Source: an uncultured Elusimicrobia bacterium (GTDB lineage: Bacteria; Elusimicrobiota; Elusimicrobia; Elusimicrobiales; UBA9959). Taken from it: a stretch of 64,000 nucleotides of DNA. A model generated the notes under the pieces. That model saw nothing but the letters and a program-made list of their open reading frames with translations, searched no databases and was not told the DNA's origin. A program made the translations under genes and the position numbers. The stretch is from positions 20,664 to 84,663 of the forward strand of contig CAIPTO010000083.1 in NCBI GenBank assembly GCA_903867985.1, written 5' to 3'. Numbering within the stretch: position 1 is the first letter of the stretch; every line of letters begins with the position of its first letter. Below, piece after piece: positions 1 to 8,394 of the stretch.

Positions 1-30
1 GCGCCATAAGCTATAGGCTGTAAGCCATAG

Positions 31-66
31 GCCCTTAAGGAATCCCCTTAAGGGCTTATGTTTTAT
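31..66 (+). terminator. Intrinsic terminator-like hairpin for an upstream gene outside the window
   Basis: Perfect 10 bp stem gcccttaagg (31-40) / ccttaagggc (46-55) with a 5 nt loop, followed by T-rich ttatgttttat. Confidence 0.5.
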
Positions 67-115
67 ATTGTGCGCATGGACCGAAGCGTACAGCTTATGG
101 CTTATGGCGCTCTTA

Positions 116-124
116 TGATATAAT
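116..124 (+). promoter_or_regulatory. Extended -10 promoter element (TGaTATAAT) upstream of smc
   Basis: tgatataat at 116-124, 64 nt upstream of the smc ATG. No good -35, which is acceptable for an extended -10. Confidence 0.35.
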
Positions 125-187
125 AATGTTATAAACCCGCCGCGAGTTTACGGCGGCCGCCTGATTTTCATATAAAAGGACAATCTG

Positions 188-3100
188 ATGTATTTGAAAG
201 GTATTGAGATTTACGGTTTTAAGTCATTCGCGAACAAGGTTAAACTGCCGCTTAAACCCGGCATAACCTGCATCGTGGGTCCCAACGGCTGCGGCAAGTC
301 CAACGTGGTAGACTCGCTGAAATGGTGTATAGGCGAGATGTCCTGGAAGTCGCTTCGCATGCCGTCCATGATGGACGTCATATTTGCCGGCACCACCAAG
401 CGTTCCCAGCTAAATATGGCCGAAGTGGCCATGACCTTCGATAATGAATCCCGCAAGCTTCCTTTGGATTTCAGCGAAGTAACGGTAACCCGCAAGATCT
501 ACCGTTCCGAAGAATCCGAATATTTTATAAATAAGGTTCAGTGCCGCCTTAAAGATATCCGCGAGATGTTCCTGGACACAGGTGTCGGCACAGACGGCTA
601 CGCAATTATAGACCAGGGCGAAGTGGAATATGTCCTGTCCGCCAGCGCCGAGGAGCGCAGGGAGCTTTTTGAAGAGGCCGCCGGTGTTTCAAAATACAAG
701 GCCAAGCGCGAAGAAGCTTTGAGAAAACTGGAAAAAGTGGACGCGGATCTGGCGCGCCTGGCCGATTCCATGACCCTGATAGACGAGCAGATAAAAAAAC
801 TGGACGCCGAAGCCAAGCGCGCCCGCACCCAGCAGAAGTACAAGGAAGAACTCACGGCGGCTGAGGTCTCCATGCTGGTTAAGGAAATTTCCGGGTTCAA
901 CACTGAGGTGGAAGCTGAAAATGCAGCTCTTTTACCGGTGCAGAAGGATATCGAAGAAACCGCGACAGCCATAACCGCGCTTGAAGGCGAGCTCGCGGCC
1001 ATGAACCTTACGCTCACCCAGAGGCAGGAAGAAGAGCGGGTACTGAATGAAGCCATAGCGTCCGTAAAATTTGAAAAAGTCCGCCTTGAAGGCACCATCG
1101 TCAGCAACGGCAGTATGGCTGAAGTTGTAGCCAAACAGACAAAAACCGTTGAGGAGTCCGGGCTGCGCAATGATACGGCTATCGCGGCTGCCGCTCCCCG
1201 CATAGAAGAAACGCGGGCGGCCCTGGCAAACGGCGAAGCGGGACTGGGCGCGCTTAAAAATGATTATGAGACCGGCCTGGCGGAGCTTGCCAAGATAGAA
1301 GAGGAAATGAACTCCGTGGACGCCTCCACTAACGCCATAGAGAAAGACATAACAGCCGCTTACCAGACCGAAGTTGAAGTCTCCAGCGATATCGCCTCTA
1401 CAGGTTCCAGCATCGGCCACTACAAAGAAAATATTCTGAGTTTAAAAAAAGATCTGGAGGGCTTAAACGTCCGCCGCGCCGAAATTGCGGAGAAGCTTTC
1501 CGGTATTCGCGCCCGCTCGGCCGAGAATGAAGCGGCCCTGAACGCCGAAAAAGCCCTTCTCGCTGAAGCCGAAGCCGCCAGGAGAGCCTCCTCCGGCCGC
1601 CTGGACGCCATAATCCTCCGCCTGAACGAGTTGAACGCCGAAAAAACCGGCGCCCGCTCGCGCCTGGAAGCCATTCTGGCCCAGGGAGAAAAAGATTCTT
1701 ATTGGGTCGGGATCAACAATGTGCTCAATTCAGGCGTCTCCGGTATCCGGGGCACGCTTCGCCATCTCCTGACCGTCAAGAAAGAAGACAAGCTGGCAGT
1801 GGAAGAGGCGCTGGGCCGTTTCATGGACGCCGTCGTATGCGATAATTCCGAGCGCGCCCAGGAAGCAATAGATTATCTGAAACATCTGGGCAAGGGCCGC
1901 TGCCGTTTCCTCATCCTGGACAAGGTCAGTTCCGTTGGCGAACCCTCCGCCTGGGCTATCCCCAATGCGGTTAAGATCCGCGAGAAGATTTCAACCTCCG
2001 CCGAATACGACGCCGCGCTAAACCATCTTCTGAGCGGCATCTACTCTTCCGGCGGTTCCGTGATGGGCTCCTTCTGGGTGTCGGGCGGGGTTGAGGCGGT
2101 TACCTCAAACGAACCTTACTGGGAAGAGGAGGGCGACCTTAAGGACAAGATACGGGCTTACGAAGAAGAGGAGACCAAACTTTCCGCCGAAAAGGCAGAA
2201 GTCGCGGCTAAACTGGCTGAAGTCTCAGCCAGGGCCGAAGCTCTGGATATAAAGATAAACGATATCAATATGAACCTGCACCGCACGCAGGTGGAGACCG
2301 AGAACGCCGAGGGCGAAGCCGGGATCAACGCGCAGAATATTGAATTAATCTGCGGTGAAACCGCCAAAGCTGAAAGTGTCCTGGCTGACGCCGAAAGGCG
2401 CCTCACGGACTTAAACGCGCGGCTTGAGGACGCCAGACGGATATCCGAGAGTAAAAGGGCGGACATGGCCGCCCTGGCCGGCAAAAAGGATTCCCTGCAC
2501 TCGGCTTACTCCGGAGCCAAGCAAGATATCGGCGGCAAGAAAGCTAATCTGGAAAATCACCAGAAGAATCTGGAACTTATGAAGGAAGAGGCGGTCCGTC
2601 TGGAAAGTCATGTCGCCAGCCTGCGGGCCGAGAGGGAACACTCCGCCATCCGCGTGAAAGAACTGGCGGAACAAGCCGCCCAGCTTGTCATTGAGACCGG
2701 CGAGGCCCGCAACCGGCTTATGGAAGTTATGAGCGAGCTGGCGGAAAAAGAGATCATGGAGAAACAGCTGTCCGGTGAGACTAACGCGCTGCGCAACGAT
2801 TACGGCCGCCTGAACATAAACCTGAGCGACTCCAGGGAGCTGAGCGCGGAGAGCGAAAAAAAACGCTACGGCATAGAGCTAAGGATAAATACTTTAAAGA
2901 CTCGCAGCGAAGACCTGACCAAGAGGCTCAACGAGGAATGGAACCTGGTCCTGGAAGACGCCAGGGAAAAATTCGGCGCGGTTGAAGTGGACGCCGAACG
3001 GGTGAAATTCCTGCGTAAGCGCCTGGAGAATATGGGCGCGGTAAATATGACCGCCCCCGAGGAATACGACGCCCTGATCAACCGCTTCAATTTTATGAAT

Positions 3101-3679
3101 TCGCAGGTTGAGGACCTGAACCGCGCAAAGGCGGATCTGCGCTCCGCCATCGCCAAGATCAACGAGACTACCCGCGAGAACTTTAAGCTCACTTTTGACA
3201 AGGTACAGGGGCATTTTAAACAGATATACGGGCTTCTGTTCAACGGCGGAGAGGCGAACCTGATCCTGACCCAGCCGGAGAATATCCTTGAGACCGGGGT
3301 GGAAATACTGGCGCACCCCCCGGGCAAGAAACTTGTGAGCATTTCCCAGCTTTCCGGAGGAGAAAAAGCCCTCACTGCCCTGGCGCTGCTGTTCAGTTTC
3401 TTCTGCGTAAACCCTTCACCCTTCTGCGTGATGGACGAAGCCGACGCTCCCCTGGACGAAGCCAACGTGGAACGCTTTGTGCGCCTGCTGCGCGAATTTT
3501 CCGGCACAACGCAGTTTATTGTTATCACTCACAACAAACGCACCATGGAAGCCGCGGACGTGCTTTATGGCGTTACCATGGAAGAGCTCGGCGTGTCCAA
3601 GCTTATCTCGGTGGACCTCAAGAAAGCGTCGGCGATGACCGAGGGCGGGGGGAAAGTGAAGGCCCAGGTCGGAGCGTGA
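188..3679 (+). CDS. smc: Chromosome segregation ATPase SMC
   Basis: 1163 aa. Walker A GPNGCGKSN, long coiled-coil middle with hinge, signature LSGGEKALTALALLF, Walker B FCVMDEADAPLD. AAGGA RBS upstream of the ATG. Confidence 0.95.
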   Translation: MYLKGIEIYGFKSFANKVKLPLKPGITCIVGPNGCGKSNVVDSLKWCIGEMSWKSLRMPSMMDVIFAGTTKRSQLNMAEVAMTFDNESRKLPLDFSEVTVTRKIYRSEESEYFINKVQCRLKDIREMFLDTGVGTDGYAIIDQGEVEYVLSASAEERRELFEEAAGVSKYKAKREEALRKLEKVDADLARLADSMTLIDEQIKKLDAEAKRARTQQKYKEELTAAEVSMLVKEISGFNTEVEAENAALLPVQKDIEETATAITALEGELAAMNLTLTQRQEEERVLNEAIASVKFEKVRLEGTIVSNGSMAEVVAKQTKTVEESGLRNDTAIAAAAPRIEETRAALANGEAGLGALKNDYETGLAELAKIEEEMNSVDASTNAIEKDITAAYQTEVEVSSDIASTGSSIGHYKENILSLKKDLEGLNVRRAEIAEKLSGIRARSAENEAALNAEKALLAEAEAARRASSGRLDAIILRLNELNAEKTGARSRLEAILAQGEKDSYWVGINNVLNSGVSGIRGTLRHLLTVKKEDKLAVEEALGRFMDAVVCDNSERAQEAIDYLKHLGKGRCRFLILDKVSSVGEPSAWAIPNAVKIREKISTSAEYDAALNHLLSGIYSSGGSVMGSFWVSGGVEAVTSNEPYWEEEGDLKDKIRAYEEEETKLSAEKAEVAAKLAEVSARAEALDIKINDINMNLHRTQVETENAEGEAGINAQNIELICGETAKAESVLADAERRLTDLNARLEDARRISESKRADMAALAGKKDSLHSAYSGAKQDIGGKKANLENHQKNLELMKEEAVRLESHVASLRAEREHSAIRVKELAEQAAQLVIETGEARNRLMEVMSELAEKEIMEKQLSGETNALRNDYGRLNINLSDSRELSAESEKKRYGIELRINTLKTRSEDLTKRLNEEWNLVLEDAREKFGAVEVDAERVKFLRKRLENMGAVNMTAPEEYDALINRFNFMNSQVEDLNRAKADLRSAIAKINETTRENFKLTFDKVQGHFKQIYGLLFNGGEANLILTQPENILETGVEILAHPPGKKLVSISQLSGGEKALTALALLFSFFCVNPSPFCVMDEADAPLDEANVERFVRLLREFSGTTQFIVITHNKRTMEAADVLYGVTMEELGVSKLISVDLKKASAMTEGGGKVKAQVGA

Positions 3680-3801
3680 GCAGCGCTCTAGTACGACAGC
3701 GGGACAGCGCGGCAGTTTGAGATCCGACAGGGTATGTCGGGAATACTTTGTTTAAATGTCGTACTTGTTTGATGTAGTACTGCCGCTCTATCCAATAATT
3801 T

Positions 3802-4536
3802 ATGCTCTACGGGGTTTTTTCTGATGTCCACGCCAACTTTGAAGCCCTGAAAGCGGTGCTGGCTTTTTTCCGGAAAAATACGGTTTCGCGTTTTATCTGC
3901 TGCGGGGACCTGGTAGGCTACGGCCCACAGCCCGGAGAGTGTGTGCGTGAAGTTATGGGGTTGCCGGGCCTCGATATCGTCCTTGGGAACCACGACGCCG
4001 CGCTGACAGGGAAAATGGAGTTGCGCTGGTTCAATAAAAACGCGTTGACAGCTATAGCGTTCGCCAAAAAAGAATTATCCAAAATAGAACTGGTTTATCT
4101 GGCCGCCCTGCCCGAAACCGTAAAGACCGAAGATTTTACTCTTGTCCACGGCACGCCCAGAAAACCTCTCACTGAATATCTCCTGAGCGAAGATCAGTTT
4201 CTGGAAAATCTGGCCTATTGGGATAGATCACCCTGCTTTATGGGCCATAGCCATACGCCGATCTATTTCCGTCAGAGCGGCGGGCTTCCGCCGGAAACCG
4301 GTTTCCTGCGGCCCAAGGCCAAGATTGTTTTGGACGGCGCGCGCTATATGCTCAATCCCGGGTCCGTGGGGCAGCCACGCGACGGCAATCATCGCGCCTC
4401 CTGCGGGTTGTATAATTCAAAAAAAAAGACTTTTGAAATATTCCGCGTAGATTATGATTTTTCCAAAACGCAGGAGCTTATGCGGGCCGCCGGCTTTCCC
4501 GGAGTGCTTATAGAGCGCCTGGCTTTCGGATTATGA
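3802..4536 (+). CDS. Metallophosphoesterase (calcineurin-like, YfcE/MJ0936-type)
   Basis: Motifs SDVHAN, CCGDLVGYG, LGNHD, GHSH typical of the calcineurin-like phosphoesterase fold. Confidence 0.75.
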   Translation: MLYGVFSDVHANFEALKAVLAFFRKNTVSRFICCGDLVGYGPQPGECVREVMGLPGLDIVLGNHDAALTGKMELRWFNKNALTAIAFAKKELSKIELVYLAALPETVKTEDFTLVHGTPRKPLTEYLLSEDQFLENLAYWDRSPCFMGHSHTPIYFRQSGGLPPETGFLRPKAKIVLDGARYMLNPGSVGQPRDGNHRASCGLYNSKKKTFEIFRVDYDFSKTQELMRAAGFPGVLIERLAFGL

Positions 4537-4605
4537 GTTGTAAAGCGGAAACAGTTTGAGTTTTTAATTTTATAGCAGTTCGACGCGATAAGGATAAAAA
4601 AATTA

Positions 4606-4989
4606 ATGGAAATGAACATGCTGATAGTAGATGATGACAGGAATTTCATCGACACTCTTTCGGACGGTCTTAAACTTAAGAACGTGGAGGCCCAGATAAC
4701 CGTGGTCAACTCCGCCCGTGAGGCCATCGATGTGCTGGCTAAGACGATCCCGTCCATCATTATCCTGGATGTGCAGTTGCCTGACATGCACGGCGTGGAG
4801 TTTATGCGCACTATAAAACAAACGGAGCGGCTTAAGAACATCCCCGTTATTTTTATCTCCGCCAAATATACAGAACCGGCTGATCGTTCGGAGGCTATGC
4901 TCGCGGGCGGGGGGTCGTTCTTCTCCAAACCGGTAGATATTGACGAGCTCTGGGCCGAAGTCAAGTATCTGCTTGACAAGAAAAATTAA
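4606..4989 (+). CDS. Stand-alone response regulator receiver domain (CheY-like)
   Basis: 127 aa. N-terminal LIVDDD acidic pocket, phospho-acceptor context IILDVQLPDMHG, conserved Lys in FISAKY. No output domain and no adjacent histidine kinase. Confidence 0.8.
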   Translation: MEMNMLIVDDDRNFIDTLSDGLKLKNVEAQITVVNSAREAIDVLAKTIPSIIILDVQLPDMHGVEFMRTIKQTERLKNIPVIFISAKYTEPADRSEAMLAGGGSFFSKPVDIDELWAEVKYLLDKKN

Positions 4990-5079
4990 GTCTTATAACA
5001 TAGGTGAGGCAGGAGTAAGAATCAAGTTTTAAAACCCTGTTTCCTCCCACTTACAGTTTTTAAAAAATAGGAGCACGAT

Positions 5080-5406
5080 ATGTCCAATGAAATACAGCTG
5101 ACAGACGCCAGTTTTGACCAGGAAGTTATCAAAAGCGCCATCCCGGCGCTGGTGGATTTTTGGGCGCCATGGTGCGGCCCCTGCAAAATGATCGCGTCCA
5201 CCATTGAAGAGCTGGCCAAGGAATACGAGGGCAAAGTTAAGGTTTGTAAATTGAACACCGACGAGAATCCTGATTCATCCGCCGCTTACCGCATTTCCGC
5301 CATCCCTACCATATTGTTGTTCAAGGGCGGAAAACTGGTGCAGGAACTTGTGGGTCTGCAGCCAAAAGATGAGCTCAAGCGTCATCTGGACGAGCTGATA
5401 AAATAG
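5080..5406 (+). CDS. trxA: Thioredoxin
   Basis: 108 aa with active site WAPWCGPCK. AGGAG RBS upstream. Confidence 0.95.
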   Translation: MSNEIQLTDASFDQEVIKSAIPALVDFWAPWCGPCKMIASTIEELAKEYEGKVKVCKLNTDENPDSSAAYRISAIPTILLFKGGKLVQELVGLQPKDELKRHLDELIK

Positions 5407-5513
5407 GGTACAGGGGTCAGGGTTGAGGGTAAAGAAATAAAGAAGTCCTCATCCTAACTCCTGACAGCATGCCGTATACCCTTTTTCACCCTCAACCCTA
5501 ACCCCTTTCCCCC
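5406..5513. repeat. Inverted heptamer word arrays (GGGTnnA x4, then nnnCCC-type words); G4-motif pair
   Basis: gggtaca ggggtca gggttga gggtaaa at 5406-5433. Complementary array of about four words (three clean heptamers tcaaccc taacccc tttcccc plus tttcaccc) within 5478-5513. agggttgagggt pairs with accctcaaccct. Confidence 0.8.
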
Positions 5514-5519
5514 TAGCGT

Positions 5520-8084
5520 ATGTCCAAAAAAACAATCTTTATCATAGACGCGCACGCGTTCCTGCATCGCAGCTATCACGCCTTGCCTAAATTGACAACC
5601 TCCAGAGGGGAGCCGGTCGGAGCTTTGTACGGTTTCCTGCGCCTGCTTCTTAAAATAAAAAAAGAGCACAAGCCGTACTACGCGGCCGTTTGTTTTGACG
5701 CGCCCGGGAGTACTTTCCGCGATGTCATTTATGCCGAGTATAAAGCCAATCGGAAAGAGATCGAACCCGATTTGCTGGCGCAGCTTAAAGCCGCCGCGGA
5801 ATTGCCTAAAGCGGTGGGGCTCAAAGCCGTGGTCTTGCCCGGTTATGAGGCTGACGATATTATCGCTACTCTGGCGCGCAGGTTCGCGGCCGCTGGTTAT
5901 GAAGCCGTCATTGTGACCGGCGATAAGGATGCCGCACAATTGGTTGGGGACGAAATAAAACTCTGGGACGGCAGCGCCGCCTCATTTTCCGGAGAGGCGG
6001 AAGTTATTGCTAAGTTCGGGGTTAAGCCTTCCCAGATAGCGGATTATCTGGCCCTTACCGGTGACGCTTCCGATAATGTGCCGGGTGTGGCCGGTATAGG
6101 CCCGAAGGGCGCGGCCAAATTGCTGGGGGCGTACGGCGCGCTGGAAAACATACTGAGCGCAGCCTCAGACCCGCGGCAGGCGGTCAAGGATAAATTATTG
6201 GCCAAGGTGGCAGGGCATAAAGATGAAGCCGCGTTGTCCAAGCGGCTTGTTACGCTTGAAGGCAAGGCTCCAGTAGAGGGTGATATAGATGAATTTGAGG
6301 TTAAAGCTCCTGACGCCGCTCTGGCCGCCGAACTCGCCCGGCGTTACGAGTTCAGGGATCTGGCCGCCGTAACTCCGCAGCAGACTCTGTTTGACGCGCC
6401 GCTGACGGCCGAGATGCCGCTTTCTGAAGTGCTGGCGCGCGGAAAGAGTGACGGTTTTATCTGCCTGGCCCATTCCCTTGGCGCGGTTTGCGCCGGCTCG
6501 GACAAGGGGGCGGCGTACTTCGGGCAAGGCGAGCTTAAAAGTGAAGATAAGGCCGGCCTTTCCGTCCTTGTGCAGGACAGCAGGGTTTTCAAGGTCGCGG
6601 CCGGTCTCAAGAGCGTTCTCCATCTCATTAATTTTGAGCCGACCCGCGAAATGAATAATTTTTTCGAACTTGAGATCGCTCATTCGCTTTTGAGCGCGCG
6701 CAAGAGCGATATCTCAAAACTGGTTTTTGAGAAGACAGGCGCTCTGACGCGGGAGGAAGGCTCCAGGGAGGAGCTCCTCACCGCGGCCGGAGCGATGGCG
6801 CGCATCTACCCAGACATCAAGAAGGAGCTGGCTTCGGCCGGGATGGAAAAGGTTTACTCCGAACTGGAGCTGCCGCTGATACCGGTGATCTACGCGATGG
6901 AAGCGGCGGGCTTCAGGGTGGATGTCGGGCTGCTCAGGGAACTATCAGAAGATTTTTCGGCCAAATTAGCGGCTATCGAGGCTGAGGCCGAGCGGCTTAC
7001 CGGCCATAAAATAAATCTAAATTCTCCCAAGCAGCTGGGCTGGCTTTTGTACGAGAAACTGAATATACAGCTGGATGACGCGCAGAAAAAGATGTTTAAG
7101 ACCAAGGATGGATACTCGACCGCGGAGGAGGTCCTCACTTTTCTCAAACCGGCCCATCCCGTCATAGAAAAGCTTCTGGAATTCCGCGAGATCTCAAAGC
7201 TTAAGTCCTCTTTCGTTGACAATCTCCTGGACGTTGCCGACGGGAATGGGCGGGTGCACAGTACATTTGAGCAGGCGGGCACGGCCACCGGCAGATTTTC
7301 AAGTTCCAAACCCAATCTGCAGAATATCCCGGTACGCTCCGCTTACGGACAGCTGGTGCGCCGCGCTTTCCGCGCCCGGAACGGAAGCTCGCTTATGAGC
7401 GCCGACTATTCGCAGATCGATCTGCGGGTGCTTGCCCATGTCTCCGGAGATAAAAATCTGCTGGCTGCTTTCCGCGCCAACGAGGATATACATTTGCGCA
7501 CGGCCAGCGAGGTTTTTCACGCCGCCCCCGAGCTGGTTACAAAGGAGATGCGGCGTTCAGCCAAGGCCATAAACTTCGGCATAGTCTACGGCCAGACCGC
7601 CCAGGGGTTGGCCCGGGAATTGGGCATACCAAGGGCGGAGGCGGCTAAATATATAAAGCATTATTTCGAGGTTTATTCGGGAGTTAAGTCCTGGATAGAC
7701 GGCACAATAGCCGCCGCAAAGATTAACGGTTGTGTTACCACTTTCACCGGCCGGCGGCGGGCCGTGCCGGATATCAACGGGACCAACGGCAATATGCGCG
7801 CTTTTGCCGAGCGCGTGGCGATGAATACGCCCATACAAGGCGGCTCAGCCGACATAATAAAGAAAGCCATGATCGATATCCACGCGAAGATAAAGGGCTC
7901 CGATAAGATAATCCTGGTGCTGCAGGTGCACGACGAGCTGGTCTTCGAGGTTAAAGCGGGTTATGAAACAGAGGCCGCGCTCATTATAAAGGACGGCATG
8001 GAGAACGCCTTCAAGCTTGAAGTGCCGCTGCGCGCCGATATAAAAGCCGGCCCCAACTGGCAGGACATGAAACCTGTTCTTTAG
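5520..8084 (+). CDS. polA: DNA polymerase I
   Basis: 854 aa. N-terminal 5'-nuclease domain (FIIDAHAFLHRSYHA, GDASDNVPGVAGIGPKGA). Pol motifs DYSQIDLRVLAH, RRSAKAINFGIVYG, QVHDELVFE. The middle domain lacks recognisable DxE / NxxxD / YxxxD 3'-5' exonuclease carboxylates (Taq-like). Confidence 0.95.
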   Translation: MSKKTIFIIDAHAFLHRSYHALPKLTTSRGEPVGALYGFLRLLLKIKKEHKPYYAAVCFDAPGSTFRDVIYAEYKANRKEIEPDLLAQLKAAAELPKAVGLKAVVLPGYEADDIIATLARRFAAAGYEAVIVTGDKDAAQLVGDEIKLWDGSAASFSGEAEVIAKFGVKPSQIADYLALTGDASDNVPGVAGIGPKGAAKLLGAYGALENILSAASDPRQAVKDKLLAKVAGHKDEAALSKRLVTLEGKAPVEGDIDEFEVKAPDAALAAELARRYEFRDLAAVTPQQTLFDAPLTAEMPLSEVLARGKSDGFICLAHSLGAVCAGSDKGAAYFGQGELKSEDKAGLSVLVQDSRVFKVAAGLKSVLHLINFEPTREMNNFFELEIAHSLLSARKSDISKLVFEKTGALTREEGSREELLTAAGAMARIYPDIKKELASAGMEKVYSELELPLIPVIYAMEAAGFRVDVGLLRELSEDFSAKLAAIEAEAERLTGHKINLNSPKQLGWLLYEKLNIQLDDAQKKMFKTKDGYSTAEEVLTFLKPAHPVIEKLLEFREISKLKSSFVDNLLDVADGNGRVHSTFEQAGTATGRFSSSKPNLQNIPVRSAYGQLVRRAFRARNGSSLMSADYSQIDLRVLAHVSGDKNLLAAFRANEDIHLRTASEVFHAAPELVTKEMRRSAKAINFGIVYGQTAQGLARELGIPRAEAAKYIKHYFEVYSGVKSWIDGTIAAAKINGCVTTFTGRRRAVPDINGTNGNMRAFAERVAMNTPIQGGSADIIKKAMIDIHAKIKGSDKIILVLQVHDELVFEVKAGYETEAALIIKDGMENAFKLEVPLRADIKAGPNWQDMKPVL

Positions 8085-8099
8085 ATGGAAGGGTTCGCG

Positions 8100-8263
8100 G
8101 GTTCTGTCGGAGGCCCGGAACGCGAAAACGGTGTCGGCCACACCGTGGCCGCGCCTCCGGAGCGGGCCCAGTGTCGCCGGGCTCCACCCAGTCGCCGCGC
8201 TATGCAAGCGGCTCTTTCCGGTACGGTTTCGCTTATCCGGATCCCCCGCCACCCGCTCCAATT
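8100..8263. other. GC-rich multi-helix intergenic element (possible structured RNA; function unknown)
   Basis: Nested complementary segments. cggaggc 8108-8114 pairs with gcctccg 8153-8159. acggtgt 8128-8134 pairs with acaccgt 8140-8146; a mutually exclusive alternative is ggccac 8136-8141 with gtggcc 8145-8150. ggagcggg 8159-8166 pairs with cccgctcc 8252-8259. Confidence 0.3.
8217..8263 (+). repeat. 47 bp perfect direct repeat, copy A (left flank of decarboxylase gene)
   Basis: tccggtacggtttcgcttatccggatcccccgccacccgctccaatt, identical to 10069-10115. Confidence 0.95.
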
Positions 8264-8394
8264 AAGGTCTAAAACTCTTAATGGAGCGGAAGGACAGATA
8301 TTATTTCTTTAGTGCTCCAGTAAACGGGGGTACGTCACTCAGATTAGATTTTGTATCACAACTGTAAAGTTTAAAATAAACTAGTGAGGTTTTT

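Noticed and set aside
6400-6900. The Pol I middle domain lacks 3'-5' exonuclease carboxylate motifs.
   Set aside because: This is real but common (Taq-like Pol I enzymes). It is noted in the feature evidence rather than as a finding.
8159-8260. tRNA- or tmRNA-like reading of the element (7-8 bp terminal stem ggagcgg/ccgctcc; the end resembles ...CCCGCC.CC.CTCCA).
   Set aside because: At 102 nt it is too long for a tRNA. The positions expected for the T-stem and T-loop (ttatc / cggatcc / cccgc) are not complementary and lack the TTCRA consensus. No tmRNA 5' GGGG...resume-codon features are present.
8088-8263. RNase P RNA-like motif on the minus strand (GACAGAACCCG, GGAAAG).
   Set aside because: Only two short motif resemblances were found. 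The element is about 180 nt, against 330 nt or more for bacterial RNase P RNA, and no GAGGAAAGTCCGGGC P4 strand is present.
8085-8312. 75 aa ORF immediately after polA (MEGFAGSVGGPERENG...).
   Set aside because: It is Arg/Pro/Ala-rich with no RBS, and it runs through the GC-rich palindromic element and the 47 bp repeat. The same repeat yields an equally long ORF on the opposite strand. It is most likely non-coding.
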